A stretch of 64,000 nucleotides of DNA from Hyphomicrobiaceae bacterium (GTDB taxonomy: Bacteria; Pseudomonadota; Alphaproteobacteria; Rhizobiales; Hyphomicrobiaceae). The position numbers and the translations under genes were made by a program. Of this stretch, positions 39,646-48,844 are shown piece by piece (within the stretch, counting starts at the first letter, position 1; each line of letters starts with the position of its first letter). The stretch spans positions 863,520 through 927,519 of the forward strand of contig JACKJH010000001.1 in NCBI GenBank assembly GCA_020638055.1. Reading direction: 5' to 3'. Under the pieces are notes generated by a model. That model saw nothing but the letters and a program-made list of their open reading frames with translations, was not told where the DNA came from and ran no database searches.

Positions 39646-40167
39646 TCAGTTGCCATCTTCGGGGAGACGGGGAATTGGCGCTACTTCGATGCCATCTTCA
39701 ACGAGTTCGCGAACCTCTTCGGCAGTCGCCTCACCATGAATGGCGCGGTCGGGTGCTTCTTCGTGGTGAATGCGGCGCGCTTCCTCGGAGAAACGAGGTC
39801 CGACGTATTCGGATTTCGAGAGGATTTTTTCGCGCAGTGCGTGCAATTCACTGAGGGCTGACTTCAAACGCTGGCCTTCAGAACCACGTGGCCGTAGCGC
39901 TGGTGCGGCATGTGGGCTAGCGGGCATTCCGGAGTTGGGTTCACCCAATGGCGGTGAGTGGGCGGCATTGCCGGGCGGCTCACCTGACGAACCGTGCTTG
40001 GCTGATCTGGAAATGCGCGGCGCCATGACCGCACGAGTGATTGAGCTATCACCACACTGCGGACAAGAAAGATGTCCTGCTTTCTCTTGTGAATCGTAGG
40101 CGCTGCTGGATGCGAACCATGCGTCAAATTCGTGATTGCGACTGCAAACAAGCCTATAGCGGATCAT
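39646..40167 (-). CDS. DUF1178-family protein with an N-terminal zinc ribbon
   Basis: CxxNHEFDAWF...CPQCG cysteine pairs. Confidence 0.5.
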   Translation of the reverse strand: MIRYRLVCSRNHEFDAWFASSSAYDSQEKAGHLSCPQCGDSSITRAVMAPRISRSAKHGSSGEPPGNAAHSPPLGEPNSGMPASPHAAPALRPRGSEGQRLKSALSELHALREKILSKSEYVGPRFSEEARRIHHEEAPDRAIHGEATAEEVRELVEDGIEVAPIPRLPEDGN

Positions 40168-41093
40168 AGCTTGGCTCCTCGACCGGGATCACTACCAGCT
40201 TCGACGACTTTAAAAGCCCGGTCGTGCTTCAGTGCAGGGACGCGATCCCTCACCTGGGTGACGACGGCTCTGTCAATGTCGGCAATGATAAAGCCCGGTT
40301 CGGTTCCGGCTTCGGCGATTGTTTCGCCCCACGGTGCGATGACTATGGAGTGTCCGTAGGTTGCGCGTCCCATTTCATGCAGACCTGTTTGAGCCGCAGC
40401 CAGAATGTAGCATTGTGTTTCGATGGCGCGGGCACGTAGCAGGGCGTGCCAGTGGGCTTCCCCGGTGGTTTTTGTGAATGCGGCGGGACCAGCGATAAAG
40501 TCTGCGCCTGCCTTGGCCAGCGCTCGATGCAGGTAGGGAAAGCGCAAATCATAACAGATCGTGAGGCCGAGGCGTCCCCACGGCAAATCCACCACCACAG
40601 CATTGCTGCCGGGTTCGTAGTTGCGGCTTTCGTTGTAGCTTTCACCGTTTTCCAGATCGACGTCGAACATATGGATTTTGTCATATCGGGCTGCGATGTT
40701 GCCGTCCGCGTTGATCACGTAGGTCCTGTTGGCAAGCTTGTCGTCTGACACCTTGACGGCCATGGAGCCGATGTGAAGCCAAATTCCTAACTCATGGGCA
40801 AGGCGCTGAAAGTGCGCAAGGGCGGCGTTATTTTGCTCGGGATCAATCGCGGCAAATAGCCGTTCGCGATCGAGTTCCATGAGGGTGGTGACTTCGGGCG
40901 TTTGTACGTACTGGGCACCGGCGGACGCTGCCCCGCGGATGAGTGCGCTGGCATCGTCAACGTTCTTTTGGAGGTCGCGGCCGGCGCACATTTGCACAAG
41001 TCCGGCGCGGAATTTCGCGTTGCCCGGAGTTGAAGTCATCACATTTTGCCTTTCAGACAATTTAAAGCGTTTCGAACCGCGCCCAATGGTCAA
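40164..41093 (-). CDS. carbon-nitrogen hydrolase (nitrilase superfamily)
   Basis: Glu-Lys-Cys triad context (TICYDLRFP). Confidence 0.75.
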   Translation of the reverse strand: MTIGRGSKRFKLSERQNVMTSTPGNAKFRAGLVQMCAGRDLQKNVDDASALIRGAASAGAQYVQTPEVTTLMELDRERLFAAIDPEQNNAALAHFQRLAHELGIWLHIGSMAVKVSDDKLANRTYVINADGNIAARYDKIHMFDVDLENGESYNESRNYEPGSNAVVVDLPWGRLGLTICYDLRFPYLHRALAKAGADFIAGPAAFTKTTGEAHWHALLRARAIETQCYILAAAQTGLHEMGRATYGHSIVIAPWGETIAEAGTEPGFIIADIDRAVVTQVRDRVPALKHDRAFKVVEAGSDPGRGAKL

Positions 41094-41123
41094 ATCACTG
41101 TGTGCGCGTTGCCCGCGTGAAAA

Positions 41124-41381
41124 TCAACTTGCGAGCAGTGGATCGAGTTCACCTTTTTGGTCCAGCGCGATCAGGTCATCACAGCCGCCAACGTGTCGCT
41201 CTCCGATCCATATCTGCGGAACGGTATTACGCCCACCTGCCTTTTTCCGCATTTCTGCCCTGAGGCCTGGTTGAGCGTTAACGTCGATTTCCTCGAAAGC
41301 CGCACCCTTTCTATTCAGCAGATCCTTGGCCATGTGGCAGTAGGGGCAGAACATCGTCGTGTAGATGGTAACCTTAGCCAT
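41124..41381 (-). CDS. grxC: glutaredoxin 3
   Basis: CPYC active site. 85 aa. Confidence 0.85.
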   Translation of the reverse strand: MAKVTIYTTMFCPYCHMAKDLLNRKGAAFEEIDVNAQPGLRAEMRKKAGGRNTVPQIWIGERHVGGCDDLIALDQKGELDPLLAS

Positions 41382-41559
41382 GTTTAATTCCAGGTCCCCG
41401 TATGCGAACGCGTTGTTATCTTAAAAAATAGTGATTTGCCTCCAAAAGGCCAAGCGAAACGGCATGGTGGGGCGATGTTTTTCGATCCGAACCCGCGGGT
41501 TTGATGACGAATTTGGGCCAAGAGTTAAGAATTTTGGGCATATCAGGGGTGGCCGGGTG

Positions 41560-42444
41560 CTACAGACCGATACTAGCCGCCGTATCTGTAACAAGGCCGA
41601 GAGAGAGGACGTCCACGCTGGTGGCGCCCGCCTCCAGCAACGCTTTGGTCGCCGCCGATATGGTGGCACCAGTGGTGATGACGTCATCGATGAGCAAAAC
41701 TCGACGACACTGAATGACAGAACGGCTCTTAGACGGCACGGTGAAGGCGCCGCTGACATTCTGCTGCCGCTGTATTCGCGTCAAACCGACCTGCGGCGTT
41801 GTGGTTCGGGTCCGAACCAGGACCAGTGGCGCATGCGGAAGATTGGCGCTTCGTGCCACCTCGGCGGCCAGTAGCGCGGACTGATTGAAGCGCCGGCGCA
41901 ATAGTTTAAGGCGATGGAGAGGTACCGGCACCACGATATCTGCATCTGCGATGAGGTGGCGGCCTGTTTCGCACATCCAGCGGCCGAACAATTTTCGTGC
42001 GTCGTGCCGGTCGTGAAACTTGAGGTCATGGATCATATGACGCATCACGCCGTCATAACGTGCAACGGCGCGAGCTCTTGCATAGTTTGGTGGGTTAGCA
42101 GCGGCTTTGGCCGAGATGGTTTCGGTTCCGACATCGTAGGGAAGTGGTATACCGAGCCGTTCGCACAAAGGCGGCCGGATGAAATCAATTGATGACCAGC
42201 AGGTTGGGCAGAGCGTGTCGTGCGCCGTCATCGGTTCGTGACAATGCAGACAAACCGGCGGCGTAACGATATCAATGATGTGTGTCACGGCGGTTGATGC
42301 CAGGCGGCGCAACGCGGATGGTTTGTGATGCGGATTCTTGGCGTCGGGCTCGAAATCTCTGATCGGGTCAGGGGTGCCTATGCCTGCCATCTTGTAAAAC
42401 TCAGGTTCCGGGTTGTCGCAAAATGAGATGCCCGTTTTTGCCAT
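41560..42444 (-). CDS. ComF-family protein (phosphoribosyltransferase domain)
   Basis: N-terminal Cys-rich zinc finger and a C-terminal PRTase motif VLLIDDVITTGATI. Confidence 0.7.
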   Translation of the reverse strand: MAKTGISFCDNPEPEFYKMAGIGTPDPIRDFEPDAKNPHHKPSALRRLASTAVTHIIDIVTPPVCLHCHEPMTAHDTLCPTCWSSIDFIRPPLCERLGIPLPYDVGTETISAKAAANPPNYARARAVARYDGVMRHMIHDLKFHDRHDARKLFGRWMCETGRHLIADADIVVPVPLHRLKLLRRRFNQSALLAAEVARSANLPHAPLVLVRTRTTTPQVGLTRIQRQQNVSGAFTVPSKSRSVIQCRRVLLIDDVITTGATISAATKALLEAGATSVDVLSLGLVTDTAASIGL

Positions 42445-42499
42445 CAGGATTGCCAGTATTTTATGCCCACAGCACCGTGCGATATATCGCAGGGTGCTC

Positions 42500-42563
42500 C
42501 AGTTTCTTGTTTGGTCGCATTTTCTTCGACGAACCGGCGTCCACTTCGTCGGAAAATGCTCTA
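42500..42563. repeat. solitary module B hairpin repeat
   Basis: ttggtcgcattttcttcgacgaaccggcgtccacttcgtcggaaaatgctcta. Confidence 0.8.
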
Positions 42564-42582
42564 ATATGCCAAGATCGACTGA

Positions 42583-43572
42583 ATGATTGAGAAGAGCAAG
42601 TCCTCGTGTGAGACCGATGCGGCAGGTTCAGCCGCGCTATTTGACCGTTCCTTGCTGCGTGCCCGGCGGCGGAGGGTCGCTGCCAAGGCAGAGGCGCACG
42701 ATTTCCTTCTGGCCAGGGTGGCCGATGATCTTGCTGACCGATTGTCGCTGATCAAACGGGAATTTTCTGTCGGGGCCAACATAGGCGCACATCACGGGCT
42801 TTTAAGCCGAAAGCTGCGACAGCTACCAAACGTTGGCTATTTGATCGATCTGGAGCCGGTGCCAGAGCTGCTGGTGCGATGCGATGGACCCTGCGTGCTG
42901 GCGGATGAGGAACTGCTACCATTCGCAGATGGTTCGCTCGATCTGGCGGTGTCCGGGCTCGCCCTTCAAATGGTCAACGACCTTCCCGGTGTCCTGATCC
43001 AGATCCGGCGAGCGCTTAAGCCGGACGGGTTGCTTCTTGCATCGTTGCTGGGGGGGGAGACGCTTGGACAACTTGGGGCGGCGTGGTTGGCGGCTGATGC
43101 GGAGACAACTGGCGGTGCGGCGCCGCGCGTGGCACCTGCCATTGACCTGAAGGATTTGGGCGCGTTGTTGCAGCGTGCTGGGTTTGCCTTGCCCGTCGTC
43201 GACAGCGACGTTGTGGAAGTGGCGTATCCATCACTGCTGGCACTCATTCGGGAGATCCAAGGCATGGGCGCCAGTAATTTTTTGAGTGCGCGGTCACGCC
43301 GCATTACGCGCCGGGATACGCTTGCGCGGGCCTGCGACATCTATCGCGAGCGATATGCACGAGAGGATGGGCGTGTTGTGGCCACGTTCGAGATTTTGAC
43401 GGTTACGGCTTGGGCGCCCGATCCTAGTCAGCAAAAGCCGCTCAAGCCTGGTTCAGCCGCAATGCGACTGGCAGATGCGCTTGGCACCTGGGACGGGAGG
43501 CTGGGTATTGAGGACGCGCTGAAACCGCCCGGCGGTTCGTCACGAAATGACGAACCGACTGGCAAATCGTAG
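42583..43572 (+). CDS. class I SAM-dependent methyltransferase
   Basis: The Rossmann-like methyltransferase motif region is weak. The order grxC, comF, methyltransferase is a common local arrangement. Confidence 0.5.
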   Translation: MIEKSKSSCETDAAGSAALFDRSLLRARRRRVAAKAEAHDFLLARVADDLADRLSLIKREFSVGANIGAHHGLLSRKLRQLPNVGYLIDLEPVPELLVRCDGPCVLADEELLPFADGSLDLAVSGLALQMVNDLPGVLIQIRRALKPDGLLLASLLGGETLGQLGAAWLAADAETTGGAAPRVAPAIDLKDLGALLQRAGFALPVVDSDVVEVAYPSLLALIREIQGMGASNFLSARSRRITRRDTLARACDIYRERYAREDGRVVATFEILTVTAWAPDPSQQKPLKPGSAAMRLADALGTWDGRLGIEDALKPPGGSSRNDEPTGKS

Positions 43573-43623
43573 AAGGCAATTTCTGGTACAAGTTTCGTTT
43601 CGTGCGACGCTTGCCTTTTTCTG

Positions 43624-43869
43624 TCAGGTGGAGTTCGGCCCGCGCATTTGCTTGAGCGCCGATTCTATCTTGCGCCAAACCGCGGCTTGTTCTGCCTCGC
43701 CGCTATCCTCTAGCGACTTTGCTTTTTGTGCAGCTTCGACAACCGCCTTGTCACCATGTGCTTCGAAAAGTCTGCGGGCGTGCTCCTGAATTTCGGTTGC
43801 GAGCATGGCATCATCTCCTTTGCTCTTGGCCTGAGGTCGCAAATTGAGCGGCACATGACGTGACCGCAC
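43624..43869 (-). CDS. small hypothetical protein
   Basis: 81-aa ORF. Possibly starts at the internal MLATEIQ. Confidence 0.3.
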   Translation of the reverse strand: MRSRHVPLNLRPQAKSKGDDAMLATEIQEHARRLFEAHGDKAVVEAAQKAKSLEDSGEAEQAAVWRKIESALKQMRGPNST

Positions 43870-44104
43870 GGTCTTGCAATCGTGTTTCGATCAAAATCGG
43901 GTCTTGATCATTTTGTGCTGGCTCATGCGCTCGGGTCATTGCGATTGACCAATTGCAGGCAGTTTTTCCCGAATCTATTGAACCGCGGAAGTTGCCTTGC
44001 AGAAATGGCTCAACAAACCGCCAACAGGGCAAGCTGTGCGGGATTTCAGACGCAATTTCACCTGGCGCATTGCCATATGCAATTGAGGAAGTCTAACATA
44101 GACT

Positions 44105-44503
44105 TTGGTCGCTTGCATTGGGATGTTCAAAATGATGTTGCGCACATTGTCGGATGCCATTGCTCACTATGGTCGTGAAGCTTATCTGCTGACGATTGGC
44201 GAAGACGGCCCACATACCAGTAATGTTGTTATCGAAATGCACGATGGGATCATTAGCTGTATCGTTGGCGGTTCCGCTGCAAAAAACATTGCGCGCGAGT
44301 CCAAGGTGTCGGTGCTCTGGCCACCTGCTGAAGCGCACGGTTACGCGATGATTCTCAATGGTGATGCCGCCGGTCAGGCTCTGCCGACGGGCGCGACAGG
44401 GGTTCAGATTAAGATCTCAAAATCTGTATTGCATCGGCCGGGGCCAAGACCTGCTGATAGCAACAGTGCGTGCGATTCCGACTGCCGTCGCCTGACATTT
44501 TGA
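44105..44503 (+). CDS. hypothetical protein, possibly a pyridoxamine-5'-phosphate-oxidase-like split-barrel
   Basis: Weak resemblance only. Confidence 0.25.
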   Translation: MVACIGMFKMMLRTLSDAIAHYGREAYLLTIGEDGPHTSNVVIEMHDGIISCIVGGSAAKNIARESKVSVLWPPAEAHGYAMILNGDAAGQALPTGATGVQIKISKSVLHRPGPRPADSNSACDSDCRRLTF

Positions 44504-44585
44504 GTATCGCAGGCGCTGCGCATGGTGTGGGAGTGCATGCTTGTCGCGTCGTTAATGACGTTTTTTGTCAGGTCAGGCGAAGGTA

Positions 44586-45059
44586 TCACAGCAAAAGATC
44601 GCGAAGTGCTGGAATGAGCGGCGCATCGGCGGGTGGCATTGGATAGTGTTGCAACTTGTTGGTGCGTACCCAGGCGATCTCCTGGCCTTCGCGCGGTTCG
44701 ATTTCACCGTCCCACGTGCGGCATATGTAAAGTGGCATCAGGAGGTGCATTTCATCGTAGGTGTGGCTGGCGAAGGTGAGCGGGGAAATGCACGTGCGGC
44801 ATAGTTCGATGCCGAGTTCTTCTTTCAGTTCGCGTATGAGGGCGTCTTCGGGGGTTTCGCCCGCATCGATCTTGCCGCCAGGGAATTCCCACAATCCAGC
44901 CAGTTGCTTGCCTTCGGGGCGTTTTGCGATCAAGACGCGGTTCTCGTCGTCAATCAAGGCGACGGCGACGACCAAAAGCAGGCGTCTTTTCGTTTCAGGT
45001 GCGTGAGGTGCTGTTTGTGGCGCGGAGCTGGATGCAGTCGTGCGCGTTGTTGTGCTCAT
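44586..45059 (-). CDS. NUDIX hydrolase (MutT-like 8-oxo-dGTP diphosphatase)
   Basis: Nudix box GGKIDAGETPEDALIRELKEELGI. Confidence 0.8.
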   Translation of the reverse strand: MSTTTRTTASSSAPQTAPHAPETKRRLLLVVAVALIDDENRVLIAKRPEGKQLAGLWEFPGGKIDAGETPEDALIRELKEELGIELCRTCISPLTFASHTYDEMHLLMPLYICRTWDGEIEPREGQEIAWVRTNKLQHYPMPPADAPLIPALRDLLL

Positions 45060-45721
45060 GCGGTAGGCTTGCGTTTCAGCAGATAGGTTGTTTCGTTCAG
45101 GGCCGAGATCCCGCGTTTTGCCAAACCGGCGTTACCCGTGATCACATCGTTGGTGCCAAGGACGGTAATTTCGAAATCGGCGCTGAACAACTTTTCGATT
45201 TCGTCTTGTGGGACGGAAAACGGAGGGCCGTTCATTTCGCTTGAATTGTAGGCGAGCGAAACCAGGAGCACGTGTGTACCTGGGTTCAATTGCCTGGCAA
45301 GAAAGGCGGCGTAACGCGGACGCAAATCATCCGGAAAAGCGACCAGTGAGGCGCGATCGTAGACGGCGTCGATGCCGGAAAATACTTCTTTTGGCAGGGC
45401 GAAGAAATCGCCGCACCAGAGTTGGTAGCGGCCACCCAGGTATGTGCGGAAACCCATCTCGTCCATGGTGATGTGGCGTACGCGGTGATCCATGAGAAAG
45501 CGTTCAACGGCGATTGGAGATAGCTCGACGCCAATGACTTCATTGTTTTGAGCGGCAATCCAGGCCATGTCGGGTGTGGCACCGCATAACGGCACGAGCA
45601 CACGAGATCGCGGTGGCAGGCCCAGCTTGGCCCAGTGTGCGACGAGTTCGGGATGAACCTCTTCGCGGTGAAAGCCGATGTCTCCTTCCACCCAGCGGTC
45701 GAGCCAGAATTGATTGTCCAT
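45056..45721 (-). CDS. thiopurine S-methyltransferase-family protein
   Basis: TPMT-like N-terminus WLDRW...VLVPLCG. Confidence 0.65.
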   Translation of the reverse strand: MDNQFWLDRWVEGDIGFHREEVHPELVAHWAKLGLPPRSRVLVPLCGATPDMAWIAAQNNEVIGVELSPIAVERFLMDHRVRHITMDEMGFRTYLGGRYQLWCGDFFALPKEVFSGIDAVYDRASLVAFPDDLRPRYAAFLARQLNPGTHVLLVSLAYNSSEMNGPPFSVPQDEIEKLFSADFEITVLGTNDVITGNAGLAKRGISALNETTYLLKRKPTA

Positions 45722-45796
45722 GCGTTCATTTTCCTTGAGGTGGGCGGTGCTGCGTGGCTGGGCTGCGGCGCTTTTGCGGTGCTCGGTATCTGTGGC

Positions 45797-47047
45797 TCAG
45801 CTCCGGTAATCTGCATTGATGGAAACGTAATCGTGCGTGAGGTCGCAGGTCCACACTGTGGCAGAAGCCTTGCCGACGCCGACGTCGGCGCGAATAACAA
45901 TATCACTATTTTTCATATAAGCGGCGGCGGTTGGTTCATCGTACTCCTCGGCGCGCTCGCCGTTGCGGGCGAGGCAATGCGGGCCAAACCAGATGTTCAA
46001 TTTGTCGCGGTCGGCGGCTTCACCGGCCTTGCCGATAGCCATCACGACGCGGCCCCAGTTGGGATCTTCACCTGCGATGGCGGTTTTGAGAATGGGCGAG
46101 TTGGCGCATGCACGGGCGATGGTTCGCGCGGCATTGAAGCTTTCGGCGCCGGTTATTTCGAACGTGACAAACTTCGACAGGCCCTCGCCATCCTTGGCGA
46201 TTTGAATGGCGAGTTCGCGCATCAGGTCGTGCAGGGCCGCGCCGAATTCTGTGAGCCGCTTGTCTGACTTTTTGGTGATCGGTTCCTGACCCCGGTCAGC
46301 GGCGGTGCCTGTCGCAAAGGCGAGACAGGTATCGGACGTGGACGTATCGCCGTCGACGGTCATGCAGTTGAAGGTGGTCTCGACATGCTGAGACAGGAGC
46401 AACTGAAGCAGCTTCTGCGAGATGGCAGCATCGGTAAAAATGTAACATAGCATCGTCGCCATATCGGGAGCGATCATGCCTGCACCTTTGCAAAAGCCGT
46501 TGATCGTTACCTTGACGCCGCCCAAATCGACCCTACGGGTGGCGAGCTTTGGATAGGTGTCAGTGGTCATAATGGCGCGGGCAGCAGCCTCGAATGCATT
46601 GGCTTTAGAGTTTTTCACCAGACCTGAAAGAAGGTGGGTGAATTTGGATGCATCCATGGGTTCGCCAATGACACCAGTGGACGAAACATAGACTTCGTTT
46701 GGTTTGCAGCCGACGGCTTTCGCGGCTGCTGCAACCGTAGCGCTGACCGCCTGGTGGCCCTTCATGCCGGTGAAGGCATTGGCATTACCTGAGTTGACGA
46801 CCAGCATGCGCGCCTTGCCGGATTGGGTGAGGTTTTCGCGGCAGAGAATAACGGGGGCGGAACAGGTTTTTGATTGTGTCAGAACGCCCGCGGCAACGGT
46901 GCCGGGGTCCAACGTCGCGACCATAAGGTCGGTGCGGCCCTTGTAGCGAATGCCAGCTTCGGCGGTGGCAAACCGCACGCCCTTGATAGAGGGTAGTTTG
47001 GGAAGTTGCTCGGGTGCAAATGGTGAGATTTTTAAGGTAAGGCCCAT
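45797..47047 (-). CDS. argJ: bifunctional glutamate N-acetyltransferase / amino-acid acetyltransferase
   Basis: ATML autoproteolysis motif (PDMATMLCY) and ArgJ length. Confidence 0.85.
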   Translation of the reverse strand: MGLTLKISPFAPEQLPKLPSIKGVRFATAEAGIRYKGRTDLMVATLDPGTVAAGVLTQSKTCSAPVILCRENLTQSGKARMLVVNSGNANAFTGMKGHQAVSATVAAAAKAVGCKPNEVYVSSTGVIGEPMDASKFTHLLSGLVKNSKANAFEAAARAIMTTDTYPKLATRRVDLGGVKVTINGFCKGAGMIAPDMATMLCYIFTDAAISQKLLQLLLSQHVETTFNCMTVDGDTSTSDTCLAFATGTAADRGQEPITKKSDKRLTEFGAALHDLMRELAIQIAKDGEGLSKFVTFEITGAESFNAARTIARACANSPILKTAIAGEDPNWGRVVMAIGKAGEAADRDKLNIWFGPHCLARNGERAEEYDEPTAAAYMKNSDIVIRADVGVGKASATVWTCDLTHDYVSINADYRS

Positions 47048-47189
47048 GGTGTTCCGGGGTCAAATGCAGGTTGTTGAAGTTCAGTAAAATGGTCTGGCGC
47101 CAGGTGCTTTCGGTGGGGCTCGTACTTCTATCGCAAAATTGGAGTGAGCCCAAAACAGTTCGGGCCGCTTGTAGCAAGCGGCCCGGAAT

Positions 47190-47297
47190 AGCTAAAGCGC
47201 ATTGCGATCCGATGGAACCGAATCGGCGCTTTAGCTTTTCGTTTGGTCGCATTTTCTTCGACGAACCGGTGTCCACTTCGTCGGAAAATGCTCTAAC
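47190..47297. repeat. palindromic repeat cluster: modules C and B
   Basis: agctaaagcgcattgcgatccgatggaaccgaatcggcgctttagc followed by the B hairpin. A GC hairpin cgggccgcttgtagcaagcggcccg at 47161-47185 may be the PPIase-gene terminator. Confidence 0.8.
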
Positions 47298-47312
47298 AGT
47301 GCGTGGCTGAAA

Positions 47313-48578
47313 CTATTTTTCCTGCTTGGCGGGATCTTTATTCTCTTCGGTCGCTTTTTCTGTTGCCGGGTCCTTGGCTTTGGCGTCCGAGGTGGCGCCT
47401 GCATCGCCACCAGCCGCCTTGTCAGCGGCGTCCTTGGCTTCGATCTGTTTTTTAATCAGTTCTTCAATCTGCTTTCGCTTGGCATCCTGTTCGCTGACCT
47501 GCTGTTCGGCCTCCTTCTTGATCTCGGGGTCGACATATTCAATCTTGGCGCCTTCGCGCAGCTTAGCTGCAACGGCCTGGGCGCGCTGATGGATCATGGC
47601 GGCAAGGATGCGGTCCTTGACCTGATCGAAGGTTGGAGGTGGTTTCTGGCGGCGGTCCTCAAGCTTGATCAGGTGCCATCCGAACTGGCTTTTGACCGGA
47701 TCCGATACTTCTCCCTTTTTCAAGGAAAAGGCCGCTTGTTCGAAGGCGGGGACCATCTGGCCGCTGCTGAAATAGCCCAGCATTCCGCCATCATCCTTTG
47801 TTCCTGGGTCTTTGGAGTGTTCCTTGGCGAGAGCAGCAAAATCGGCCCCTTCAGCAAGCTTTTTCTTCAGGTCCTTGGCCTCCTCCTCGGTTTCGACCAG
47901 GATATGGCGCGCTTGCACTTCTTCTTGCGTTTTTAATCCCTTCACTTGGTCGTCATAAAACGTCTTGGCGGCGGCTTCGCTGATTGAGTTATTGATTTCC
48001 TTGTCAAAATAGGCGTCGCGAAGGGCGCGATTGCGCCAGTATTTCATGCGGTCGTCGAAATCGGCCTGGCTGGACAGATCAGCCTTCTCGGCCGCTTTGG
48101 CGAAGAGATTGTTTTCAATAAGGAATTCAACAAGAACCCGGCGTTTTGTCGGCTCAGGCAGTTGACCCAGATCGCGGCCAATTTCTTCTTCGGCAAATTT
48201 GAGGTCCGATTCAGTGATTGGCATGCCGTTGACCGTGGCAAGCACCTTGGCGCTGCCGGCTTCTGAAGTGGCTGCTTTGTCTTGTGCCACAACTGGCATT
48301 ACCCAAAGTGTCATTGCGAGCAAAAGCGCGACTGAGGCTAACACGAGCCCCGGTTTGAGCGATGTTAAGGGCGGAAAAGCATGTTTCACGGGCTCAATTC
48401 CTGATTGTAAGCGCCACAAGCGGGTCAACGAGGCGGCAAGGGGTTTATCGGTTGATTTCCGGGGCATGGATAAACGGGCTGCCTCAGCCTGCCAAGTTAA
48501 GCTTTCGAAACAAGAGGAGTTCCAGGGTGCGGGAAAGATGAACAAGGTGGCAAGGTCCAGTGCTTCATCAAGCGGCAC
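47313..48578 (-). CDS. parvulin-type peptidyl-prolyl isomerase (SurA/PpiD-like) with a Lys/Glu-rich C-terminal tail
   Basis: PPIC domain FEQAAFSLKKGEVSDPVKSQFGWHLIKLEDRR. The start may be the internal MPRKSTDK (about 48467). Confidence 0.7.
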   Translation of the reverse strand: MPLDEALDLATLFIFPAPWNSSCFESLTWQAEAARLSMPRKSTDKPLAASLTRLWRLQSGIEPVKHAFPPLTSLKPGLVLASVALLLAMTLWVMPVVAQDKAATSEAGSAKVLATVNGMPITESDLKFAEEEIGRDLGQLPEPTKRRVLVEFLIENNLFAKAAEKADLSSQADFDDRMKYWRNRALRDAYFDKEINNSISEAAAKTFYDDQVKGLKTQEEVQARHILVETEEEAKDLKKKLAEGADFAALAKEHSKDPGTKDDGGMLGYFSSGQMVPAFEQAAFSLKKGEVSDPVKSQFGWHLIKLEDRRQKPPPTFDQVKDRILAAMIHQRAQAVAAKLREGAKIEYVDPEIKKEAEQQVSEQDAKRKQIEELIKKQIEAKDAADKAAGGDAGATSDAKAKDPATEKATEENKDPAKQEK

Positions 48579-48844
48579 GAAGTGGGATCAGATGTCGTCC
48601 ATTGCAGTGCGCCGCGTTGACAAGCGCCCCTGCCAATCCTTATCTCTGCGGCGAACACGTGTTGCCGGGCCGCCGCAAATCCATTCAATGGTGGGGTGAA
48701 GGCGTAGCTATTCTTTGCCTCCGTTCGCGAATGCCCGTCAGCGACATGCTTTTTTGCGTCTGGGCAGCAATGTCTTGCAGGCTTTCGGGCTGGTGCTTGG
48801 CGTTGCCTGCAGGCGTTTCACTCTAATTTTTAAGGACACCTTGC